From Phoronis australis (lineage: Eukaryota; Animalia; Phoronida), in NCBI GenBank assembly GCA_002633005.1, contig NMRA01000497.1, positions 1 to 64,000 on the forward strand: 64,000 nucleotides of DNA. The letters are read 5' to 3'. The notes beneath the pieces are model-generated. The model searched no databases. It had not been told where the DNA came from and saw only the letters and a program-made list of their open reading frames with translations. The stretch's first letter is position 1. Every line of letters begins with the position of its first letter. Shown here piece by piece: positions 20,686-33,200 of this stretch. The position numbers and the translations under genes are program-made.

Positions 20686-23600
20686 CTAATTTTCTTCGTC
20701 CTCGTCTTCCTCTTCTGACGACGTTTCTGCTTCTCCGAACATGTCGTGCCCCATCTGTGTGTCGTCATCACTGATTTCCCTCGTTTTGTATTTCAGCGTG
20801 ATAACCGACGTCGAATCCCGAAGACCTATGGCTATCAGGTTGCCATCCATCACAAGATTACAACACTCGATGTTCATGTCGGGTGTGAACACAGCCAAGA
20901 CTTCGCCCTTTTCAATGTCCCACAAAGACACGTCGCCGGAGAACACCACGACCTTCTTTCCCTCGTCCATCAGATAGAGTTTCGTCCTAATGTTATAATT
21001 CATTCCTCTGTAGCCCTTAAGTTTACGCAACGACGTTGACTCGAACGGGTGCCACACTTTCAACTCGTTGTTGGTTTTTGCGAAAACAATGCGACAACCG
21101 TCATCCGTCAACGCAACGGCACAAACGTCCTTTTCATTTTTTAAACGTTTTCTTAGTACACCCTTCTGGCAATCCCAAACAGTAACGTAACTCGTCTTCA
21201 TACTGTCGTCGTAGTTGGTGTGCGCCAAATATGCGCCATCTGCAGTGATTGCCGACACGTGGAGAAAGAGCATGGAGTTCGGGTTTTCTAAGGTGTGCAC
21301 ATGTGAGCGTTTGAGAACATCAAAAACACACAGGTGGTGGGCGTAGTAAGATGCCACTAGCGTGGACTGGTCAGCACTGATGACGAACTGATCAATGGAA
21401 TTGTCTCTCTCCTTTTTCACGCTTTCCAGCAGACGCTTTTCTTCCGCAATCTCCATTTCTCGCCTTCTGTTCTGAGCAGACAATGTCTCCGCACGTCGTT
21501 CCCATGGTGTCATTTTAGCCGTGGAATGACGATTTCGCGCTCGTTCTTTCGCTTGCTCCAGAATGTTGTTGTCATATTTGATGTTCTGGTCGGGGTGAAC
21601 AGCTTTCATTCGGTCAACCACACGTCCCGTTGACATGTTCCACATGACAAAATGTCCTCTACTGTCGTTTAGACCCATCAAAGTGTCCTCATCCAGTAAC
21701 ACGTACTCGTGGGGAGGAGATGGGACTATATAGGAAGACACTCTATTCAGATATCTCTTGGTTTTCAAGTCGTAAACGTGAACGGTCTGGAACACCTGCT
21801 GCGTGTTGTCGTCGGAGATTGTCGAAAGTGCGCGGTCAGTCAGAATGTACACTTTGGCATTGTAAATTAAAACGATATCGGTTGGGCCAACCAGACCATG
21901 CTCAATGCGTACGGCACTGCCTTTGCACTTTGAGTTGATGACATTCCAAACGCTTAGCGTGGAGTTGTCCAACGTTTTCCCGATTGCGTACCTGGGATTA
22001 TCCTTCATGGGATAAATGTCGCTAACACCTACGGTATGACGTAATTTCGAAGCCGGTTTGTTAATCATGCCGCTTAAATTCCAAACACGTAGTGTGTTGT
22101 CATTTTGAGAGCCAGTAAGGCAGTAGCGAAAGTCTCCACACGCTGCAATAACTGATACGTCAACATGGTGAGCCAGATGCTTATGGTCCTCTGTTTCCAA
22201 GTTCCAAATGGCTATATTTGATGTATTCGTCGACTCATTGGCAACGACACACATGGCATGAGATCCTAGGTTGTTGATATACAGATCTGTTACGTGGTCG
22301 TGCTGACAGCCACGAACAGTCCGCAAGTACTTTCCCTTCTGAATATCAAATAGCTCAAGGGCATAGATTTCATTAAGCTGCATGAATGGCACCTTGCTTG
22401 CAACGATGTAGTACTCCCCAGTAGTACCTAGGGCTCGAATAGACGACGATCGTTCATCACATTTCAGATTGAACACCACTTTTCCAGTTTTGCAGTTCCT
22501 CACGGTGGCATGGTTTGCACTTCGATAACCGTGCAACACGTTATCGCCGCGGGTTCCTTGTGACACCATGATGCTCCTGTCTTTGTGTATACTTTTCTCT
22601 TCCAAAACCACCTCCTGAAGTAACGTCATGTTGTCATTGAGGTCCCATGACCGCATTGTATTTGCACCATCGAAGAAGGACACTAGAATCGTCCCACCAC
22701 CAGCAATAGTCAGAACAGCGGGGTCAACGAAATCTTTGTGTTCACTCACGCATTCGCCGCTGTTGACATTCCACACACGAATACGTGTTCTTTCAGAGGA
22801 AATTACCAACCGATTGTTGCAAGCCACACGCAACATCACTACGTCAGCACCAACGCTCTTGATGGTTTTCACAACTTTCCCAGTTGCCAGATTCCATAGC
22901 TTCATTGTGTCGTCTTTAGCAGCAGTGACGGCTTGCATGCTGTCGCTTGTGACTGCAACTGCTGTGATGGCATCGCTGTGGCCTGACAATACGTCAAACA
23001 GGATACCTCCCGGCTCCGCCAAACACGTCATGGACGGGACAAGAGACGGAAAAGAGCCGCCGCTTTTGGCTTGCTTAAAAAATGGGTGCAAGGCAGGATA
23101 GACCAGAGGATCTTGAGGTGCGACGGGGACGTCTTTTGTTATAATGGTATGTAGTCTACCGACCATTTGAGAGGCAAGCTGTTGTGGATTTACTTCCAAA
23201 ACTTTGCGAGAAAGCTGAAGTGTCTCCGTTAGTAATAGCAAGTCTTTGTCTTTCGGCTCCACAGCTAATGCGAGCTGATAATCGTCCAACAGAACACGCA
23301 ATGACGTGGCACAAAGTTTGGCAAGAACCCATTCAAAGTTGCACAGGCACTCTGCTTTAAGATCAGCAAACTGTGGGGATTTCAAAAAGTGCCATGGTAA
23401 TTCACTTAACTTTCGTTGGTTGTAGACTCTGCGTACAGTGCTGTCTCCGTCGTCGAGTACTTTGAAGAACAATGGCTGCTGCGCCACACATCTGTCCAAT
23501 CCCACTTCATTACCGTGAAATGGTTTAGCGCGGCCATTCGCCCACTTTCCGGTAAAATACTCAGCCATAGCTTTGTGATAGGAAGGCGCTTTGTCCCTTT

Positions 23601-24290
23601 GGTTTAGATATCGTTGTACGGCTGCCTCGTGAAACTGAATATGAAACCACTTCAATGTCGTCACGCCATCTGCTGATCTTTCTGTTAAGTACTTCTCTAA
23701 AGCAGATTTAAGTCTTAGCCACACAACAGGGGGACATCGACGGACGGTAAGAGAAGCGTGAGAGGCAGATATTTCCGCCATTGCGGGGTCATCCAAAGAC
23801 AACAGATCTTCCATTTCGGAGCTTGTGAGCCCATTTCTTGAAGCTGTTATGTAGCCCAGAGTTCTTCTCACCAATATGTCACCATAGTCTTTCTCTAACC
23901 GCCCAAACAATACGGTAGCTATCTTTCCCACCGTGTTGCTTAGCTTGATATCGTTGGATTGGAGATTTGAATTCCATCTGAGACTTTCGTAAAAGATCAC
24001 TTTTAGATAAAGTGGAGTGGCACACGTCTCGAACGCTTTCAGGAGGACTTCGTGCTGATCGCGTGTCAATGTCCTACGTGATTTTGATAGCCAGTGGTCT
24101 AGTATAACTTCTGCGTCGTGGGCTGGTAAAGTAGGTACCTCCACAAAGGCGTTATTGTTGTTTTCTTCATACAATCTCTTGAGAGCATTCATAGTACCGT
24201 ACTGCTCACCGGGAAGTGTAGATAAAATCACGTGCACGTTAGGGGGCAGTTCTCTCGGTAGCCACGACAACTTTCGTCCATCGTTTTCGT
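20686..24290 (-). CDS. NWD2: NWD2-like terminal exon (post-NACHT helical region + WD40 propellers)
   Basis: Contains the 1194-aa track ORF; acceptor ttgcag at 24291; TAG at 20688-20686. Confidence 0.97.
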
Positions 24291-27200
24291 CTGCAATATT
24301 AAAAGGCTATGTTCAGTGGCAAGAAAAAATCGAGACAAAACGAAACCACTGTGAACAAACGTTCATACGGGTGCCTTTGTTGCTTTCGCAGCCGACCTGG
24401 GTCAAAATGAGGTTATCCTTATAATGAGACATGCACACTGTCCATAGAAAAATAACTTAAGAAAAACCCGAAGAGATATACATGACGTCAGGAAGACGAA
24501 ACAAGGATGTGTATTTGACTGAGTTGTGACGTGTAATTTGTTCTTCATCATCATGTACTTAATAATACATGCATCATAACTTAAAGATACAAACCTGACA
24601 ATTGGTCAAGGGAGTCGATGACAAGGACGAGAGGTTTCTCTTTTGTCGCGTAGCAAATCCGGTTGTCGAAGTCATTCACAATGCCTTTATAGTCCTGCAA
24701 CAAAACGAGTAACATTTTACAATACAACCCAATAGAACAAGACTCCTACAGTTGAAGTGAAACGTGCGTAGTTGAAGGACTTGGTGAGGCGAGTGAAACA
24801 ATAATCAATCTTCCTGTGTTCAGCAGAATCACCCCCAAGCAGCTGAACAGCTTTCTGGCCACACAAATGGGAATTTTTGGTTAATATTGCCTTCTAGCAG
24901 GAAGAGATAAACCAGGAAGGGACAACTGTTTTAGCGCATTTTAACGTGATTTCAAACGTGATTTCAAAAGTAAATGTTCAAGTTATCTGGAATCCAAGCA
25001 TTATTTTTGAAAGATTAACTCTTTAGCTATAAAATGACACCACTTTGGTCCTCAAAGACTGCATATTACTGGCACTGGGATGCTTTGAACGTGACATGTT
25101 TACCCTTCCAAAAGATGCTTCTTCCNCGCTGAAGTCGATATTTTCAAAGTACAATTACACCACTGTTTAAGGTTGCAAAGTGAGTTTTTTTGATATCCTT
25201 CTATAGAAAAAGTTTTAATCTCTCTGATGAAATCATCTGTTTCTTTTTAAACGAAACTTAAGTCCTGAAATTAGTCCGGGGAAGGAGGCCAAAAACGGCG
25301 GTTTAGCTAGTTGTCCCTTCCTGGTTATCTCTTCCTGCTTCTAGTGAATACCGAGTCTCTTATAACATAATCATAAGCACCACAAACTTGTAGCCACAGT
25401 TCTGAATTTTCATGAGGCAATATAGTGACTGAAATCGTGGGACTAACTATTAATTGTTCCATCAGGCTGTATCTGGAGGTAAGACAGCATTCCATGTTGC
25501 ATCGGCTAGCCATGAACATAACAATGGTTGGTCAAAACAGGAATTGTCTCAGCATCCGTCGGAGGTAAAGAAGGGTCATCAGTCCTACGTGACCTCTAGC
25601 CATTGCTTCATGAAAGTCTCTCAGGTGTGTTCATGTAATAGTAACGACAGCCGAGATGGCTTACTTTGGTAGGGAAAGGGGTACGTCACATGACAGATTT
25701 AAACTGTGCGCTAGAGGACATAGAAACGCAAAAAGAACTTTGAAACCAGGGCTGTGTTCCGTAGACCCAACGATCTGGCGAAAACGCCAGATCACGCAAA
25801 ACGTCGCCAAATATAGCTATGATCACACTGTTTTTTCTGACGAATGTGAACTATTAGGTTTACGGAACGCAGCCCAGAACGTGTTGTAACAGCGAGGCCA
25901 TTTCCGGTCGGAAAGTGTAACCGCGAAGAAAGAGCTAGCGAATACACGCAGAGTGCTACAAAGGACGTTTATGCTACGAACATAAATGGGGGAAATACAC
26001 ATATAGCAAAGAGGGTCACAGGGGAACATAGACTGATTTTTACCAATACCAAAACTAAATAGAAATAAGGACAAAAATACCCCAAAACAATAACGAATTC
26101 TGACCCAAACCTACCTTCATGTCCTATGAAAAGAATAAGAGATAACCATAAATATCAGAGACTATAGGTCAAAGGCAAAAGAATCAGAAGCACATAATGT
26201 AACGTTTGGGTGTACATCTGCATCTTTTGGGTACAACGTATTTTCTCCGAGCAAACAAAACATTAAAATTAACAACTTAAGCACCGGAGGATCTAGATTG
26301 TCGTAAAGGGGAAACCATAGTTTTCGAATGGAAAATGTCCTCATAGTTTCAGAAAAAGTCATCACAGCAGCGCTTTGAGTTTTTTTCTTTCTTTTTGGTC
26401 GTGTCCGTAGGGGAGGGGGTAGGCCTGTCAATGCGCTGACGGGAGTTGTAATTGCTTTTTCGTCTTTTATCAAAGAATACAGCTGGGGGATACTTGGTTT
26501 CCCCACTTGGTACGCTCAGCGGAAATAATCACCTCCCAAAAACATTTTAATTTAATTTGAAAATAACTCAAACCGAAATGTTGCCAACTAACGACGTTTC
26601 AATACATATGGCAATCTACATGGTGAAATCAAGAAGACACACGTTATCTTGAATGCCGTGAAAATATTATATTTTCTTTCGAAATTTCGTTCCTTTAGAA
26701 TTTTGGTTAGACGCAACCGAGGTAAGTAACGTTTGCGGTAAAAATCTTCGTTTTTTTCCACAACTTACATCGGGAACTTCATCTGTGGCTTTCCCATAGG
26801 TGTAACACAGTTGGAGGAGAATGTCCTTTAACAGCAAACGAATGTTTGTAGACTGTGTTGTGACGCCGACGGAGCGGACAATTACAGCGACATTTCTGAA
26901 AAGTGCCAAAATTGAAAACATGCGATATCAAATCATTCAACACGGCAACAACTGCTATAAAGAGTATAAGGGATGTCTTAGGACGAGACGACTAATTTGA
27001 CCTATCGCCAGGATTTTGAGTGACGGCTTAACTTACCAATCAGAACGCAGCATTCTTGACACGCTTTTATTTCCAAGCCGCCATTTTATCCGACAAATAA
27101 CACGTTGCCGGGCAAAACTTATTGTTTGTCGACTTTTTGCAAGGTGCGGAGCTTGCGATAGGTCAATTGATGCAGGTTTAGCGTTAATCAAGAACGTGTG

Positions 27201-30200
27201 ATGCTGTAATTAGGCATGCAAAAAGCATCAGTTTATGTTGTATTTGAAAGTACCATCACCACCAATGGTAAAGAAGAGAGTTTCTAAAGCGTACAAAAGC
27301 GTACACAGAGTGGCGCTTGTAGCTAAGAAGCTGTATTTCACCCGCTTAGATGGCTAAAACCCAAAAATTGAGGTAAACATTTTACTCTCTACAAATCAGT
27401 CTGATACTGTTCTCTACCGAGATAAGATTCCATTTCCGTTACCAACTCAAGTCACAAACAATCCGGAAACGAATCCCAACTCGGCAAAGAACATTATGAG
27501 ACCGAAATTATGAGAGTAAAAGGCCCTTATTTAATTTCCGTTTTGAGACACCTTAATAAAGCGAAATGCACTTTTAAGTTACTTTTTTTTAATAAACCTG
27601 AGAACCATGAATGCGCGTGCGCGATGTACGAGATCCTGTACGGAAATGAATGAAGTTAATTACCCTGTGAACCATTTATGAATATCCTTGGCTGCTCGAC
27701 ACACTAAAGACGTCTTGCCACTGCCCGACTGACCATGCAACACCAGCGGTTGACGGCAAGATGAGAGTACGTACGACTTAATCAGATTCATCAAATTCTT
27801 CCTGCCTTGAAATTCTCGTGCTCTGGAAATTAGAAAACGAACATCCGGTGAAAATTCTGGTATTTTGCACGGCATCTACAATTTACGACACTAAACCTTA
27901 GGCAAAATTTTATGAAAAGAATTCAATGATTTTAGAGAATTTTAATTTACATTTCGCTGTGACACAAAATAATAACTTGCTTCAAAGTTATTGTTAGGAG
28001 GTACTTTGAGAAATTAAGGAAGCCGTGAAGGTACTTCAAACCTTTGGAAATGTTTTGTTATCAACTAACGGCATTATATGCATCGGCGGATTTAGAGGAG
28101 GCCAAGGAGGCCATAGCCTCCCTAAAATTATCCCAGATTCCATTTGGCAGATTGGGGAGCGAATGTTTGACGGGCAAAATCCCTCTAATCCTCTGCCCTG
28201 CCCCCCTCCCCCTCAACTCAAAATCGTGGATCCGCCCCTGTATGTACATGTATGATTGAATTTTGTACACTAGTTTCATGAAGATCTGTTTGGGTATAAT
28301 CTAAAATGGCCGCGTGTACGTAATCTTGAATAATTAAAGCTGCATTTGGCCTCGTTTAGCTGGCTAAAACCAAAAAACAAATTGGACATTTTACTCTCAT
28401 CAAATCTGTCTCGTAATGTTCCTTACCGTGATAGGATTCTATTTTCGTTATATCAATTCAAGCCATGGCATGTGGTATTTTCGAATTCGCAATTTTCGGA
28501 TTGCCTCACTCAATGAAAAATGTAGCGTTTTCTAAAAGTCGCCGATGATTCCCATGTCTTTGTTGGTAACGGAAATAGAAACATATCACAGTGAGGAATA
28601 GCATGAGACCGATTTTGTAAGAATAAAAGGCCTAACACGATATTCGTTGTTTAGTCAGCTATACAAGATGCAGTCGTAACAGTTAAATCCTTGACGTTGT
28701 TTCAAAGTCATTCAATGGACATGTCATACGATTTACACTAATTTCTGACAAATTGTAAAACCAACCTTTCATGACAAAAGTGCACGTGAGCCCTGACTTC
28801 ATCCGCCAGTTCATGAAATGACTCAAAGTTGTCGATCATTTCATGTCGTTTATGTGCAATGGCGTCAATGTTCTCTTTAACTGCGCCAACAAACTCTTCG
28901 CACATGCGCTCCAAGTAGATCCGATGAGCTCTGTTGGATGCCGGATCAATACCGTCTTTGCCCCAAGTCACAAGACTGCGCTTGATTTGAGTTGGCAAGA
29001 GCTGTAACAATAAGTCAAGTTGGCATGGAGGATGCTGAAACGGCGTTTTTTTATTCAATCACAAACCAAAAATAATCCAAAACCCGATAGCAATACTATG
29101 CGTCATGCCTTCCCGTTGTTTACCTTGTGATGTGTCTAGGTAAACTTCCCGTGCATGATCAATTTCGATTGTCAAAAGCCTACTACCGCGTAATGGATTT
29201 GTGATATCCTTTCAAAAGAAGAAGCACGGAAAATGAAGCAACGGAGACTAACGGCAATGCGATCGTTATCTTTACCAGCAGTATCAGGGTAGTCAATAGT
29301 TCTCTCTCAACGACAGCACGGGCGTCGGCGGTATCAATATCCTCTCACTTCATTTCTAAGGCAGCGCAGTGCTGTTCTTACGAACACGTTTCTTTCCTCG
29401 TGAACCGCGATATTGTATCCAATTTTAGTACGCAGACAGTTATGATGCACCGTAGCAAGCACGAGATTATTCACGCTCCTTTCACAAAGAACTGTATTTC
29501 TTGATGGAAGAAATTGTTTGTAAGAACACAATGAGAACACCCGTGTGATACGAGAGAGAGGAATAATGCCCACATGAAATATGCCAGTGTGCCGTAACAT
29601 TAGTCCTCATTCTACCTATCCTAACAAGTAACGACTTGATCATTTCTATCAGGTAGTTGCAAAATATTCTTAGGGATCAAATCATGGCAAAACAACGGTT
29701 ACCCTTTGCGTTACTGCCTCCACTAGCTGCCTGTGAGCTACTTCCAACCGAGGAACCACTGTGGCTTTTCCTGGGACCAAGTCCAAGTAGTGAGTTGCAG
29801 CTGAATCTCCGATGTGCTTCATTATGTCAGATATCTCCCGCTTAAACCATAGGCACTGAGTCTCAGGACTGTCTGCTTCGATAAGACCTTGCTCGTGCTC
29901 CAAATGGGTCACTACAAAGTATAGTCGAATGGAAGTCATTAGCTGCAATGGCAATGAAATAAACTCAACACATGCACACAAAGAGCAAATTGGGGTTTAT
30001 CTTGGAAGCATGTCTCCAAATCAAATTGCATCTAGGCTCGTCTTCTTGCAGAAAATTTTTGATCACAGCTATTATTCCTCACTCTTGTGTTCGTGTGGTA
30101 AATTTTCAAGATTCTGGAATAAATTACGCAAAAAATTCGAAAGAGGCTCGCACTAACGGACTCTCTAAAAAGACAACGAAACATATTCCAATTGATGCTA

Positions 30201-33200
30201 TTCCATTTTCAGATAGCAAGAGACGCGTTTATCGAATGGCGATGCTTACGTGACGTGAAGTATTTCCTGGTGTGTTCTTCTCCGTAGAGCTTTGTGGAGT
30301 AGGTTTGGATGGCTTGAAGCATCTTCTCGCTAAGATCCAGCCAAGTTGCGCGAGCTTGCTGTCGCTTGGCACTGTCCTTTTGGTTTACATCTTTCACTAT
30401 GGCACTGTAGTAATAGTGTTACGCTCAGTTTTACTTCATATCGTAACGAACGAAATCCCTCATTGCTGGATGTCAACACTCAGTAATTTCACCATTTCAC
30501 ATAGAAAATCACTGCGCAAACTCATCTACTTGAGAAAAGCCAGTGAGAAAATAACTGACGTCTACTGAAGGAGACTACGCACAAACATTTTTACTTCACC
30601 TGGGGCTTTGTCGATTTGATCAAAAACCTGGACAAAAATATGCAAGCACCATATTGATTGCAGTACACTATCTTTGTGAAACCAGCTAGACATTTCACTC
30701 GCATGTGAAAGAAACTACCTAGCTTGCTTGTAAATATACGTCTCTAATTTTCAAATGATATGAGTGGATTTCAGAAATGGAGGATTTGTATTGTTTCGGT
30801 GTGAAATTCATTAAACGTGCGACAGTGTTGTCGGTGACGATTCTCACAAATACTCGCTTGAGCTCTGCTTATTTGTCCATCATTCACACTACAACAATAG
30901 AGAAGACCGACAAGAGACGTGACGATAATAACTAAATTGATGGCTCTATTTCGAGACAGGCATGTCTTAGCTTCGAAATATAGCTGTTGTTTCAATAATA
31001 CTTGTAATGTCTCTTGGCAGTCTTCTCTATGGTTGTTCTGCGGATGATCGACAAATATACAGAGAGTATGAATGGGTACGTAATGTATGGAAATTGTTAG
31101 CAGACAACACCGCCGTGGGTGTAATGAATTCTATCTTCAAGAGGGACTGCTGACAGATTAATTGAGTTTGTGTGCAATATCAATATAATCATGTTCAGTA
31201 ATCCTTTGCTGTGTGGTAACGTGATATTTTACAAAGAAGCATTGAATGAAGATAATACCTTATTGGTTGAAGAATGTACATAGATGGCGCCATATTCTCA
31301 TCCAGCTTGTACCAATCGGTAAGCGTACTGGGGTCAAATATCAGGTCGTTCTTCAGTCGCTTAGCAAGTGCAAGAAACTGATTCCGATCAGCCTTCAAGT
31401 TTTGCATAAACAGAGCTATTTTTCCTTCATCGGCCCAGTCCGGTACTTGGAACACATCAGCGTTACCAGTCGAGAGAGCCAGTGACGTTTCAGATGTTCC
31501 AGGTTCATTTTTTGCTTCGCCATTTTCAGTTATTTGAGTTGACTCGTCTGCTTTATTTGCCTTATCGGTTTTCGCGGCGTTTTCTCCATCTTCTTTCTGG
31601 GCGGAGTCTTTTGCCTTTGCTGCTGTCTCTCGAGCTTCGATACGCTTCATTTCGTTAATTGACATCTCTCGTAGTAGCTGGTCCCAATCTTCAGTCATGG
31701 CTTCCACTATGTCATCGAATTCTTGCACGCCCATACTTCTGGGCAAATAAGAACTCCCGTACTTCTGTCCTAGGAAACTCTGAAATTTTAAAAGAATGCT
31801 AATTAACAAAGAATAGGCAGATATACTTAATCGAGCGTTACCACAATAAAAAAGTTACGCAGCCCAATGTGAATCATTTCTTCTGAAATGGTTAGCATTT
31901 CAACGTTTTATGCAGTACATTTTTTAAATTAACACCGTTACGGGCAACATCGAATTACAGTGTATGCAAATACTACAAAGCGAGATTAATGTTTTAGGCA
32001 AATTGTTGCCGATACTCTTAGAACGGTTGGTACTCACGATGAAGTTGACGCCTGAACTTTGCTGACAAGTTTCCAGCAGTTGTTGACAAAGTTCGGGGAA
32101 ACAATGACTATCGTCTAAGGATCCGTGCATTCCCCAATGTAGATCTACTATCTGGAGTTCACATCCGCGCTCAAGTGAGTACTGCTTTAAGACCGGGTAG
32201 GCATGCTGTATCAGATACGCTGATTCAGCTTGACTATCTACAATCAATTATGATAATTAATATATTACGAGTGCACCTGACATTATGCTCTGTCGTAAAT
32301 GGATAGTTGAAACATCATGGCCCGGGGAGTAATCTTTGTACGCGAAACTGAAATCAAAATTATTTTTGATATTTTGCGTTCTACCTAAATTCAAACTCAT
32401 AACAAGTGTTCATAATTTTGTGCTCAAGCATGTTATGGTTTACATGGATGATTGTATAATCATAGCTTTCGCTTGATGATCCCGGCATTAAAGCTAAAAA
32501 TTCGTGTCTCAACTGGAAATTTCGAGTTTCCATTTGAAAGTTCGTATCTCGAATCTAGGAGTCTTTAACTAAGAACTTGAACCGGAACCTCATCTGCGTA
32601 AACCACTTTTGTACTCGAGTATAGAATTGACATGAATTTTAAGTTCGTATTAAAGTAGCATAACAGCAAATATCAAAAATGGTTTCGAGTTCGATTTCGA
32701 GTACAACGATTAGACCCCGTACCGAGATGTACGCCGACTTCGAATAAACATCTGCAAGTTCTCAATTATTTTAGATTGCATAAATTATGAGTCATGCAGA
32801 AAACGCATACAAAGTATACGTTATTCATGTAGCCCTGCCCAGCTGAAATTATCTCTCGAGAAGTTTGGCTTCTTCTAAAGGGAGTTTGAGTATACTGAAT
32901 TCGCAAGAAATTGCGAGGCAGTCTAGACATGTTCATCCGTCACTGAGAGAACATTGGAAAGTTTTGCTACAAAAGATTAAGGTTTGCTAAGTTAATTTCG
33001 ACATCCTTTGGAATGGTTTTGTTTCTTTTGTTCTTGTGTTTTTTTTTTGGAAGATCAACCGCATTCACGAAATAATTGTGCTACACTCTGAAAATTTCAG
33101 TCCCCACCGCAGAAAGGGCCGACGTCCTTCACAACGCCTGAAAGTTTTTAAGAGCAAGAAAAACAGCTCGTTAGATTAGATCGAGCGCCCCTGACAACGG

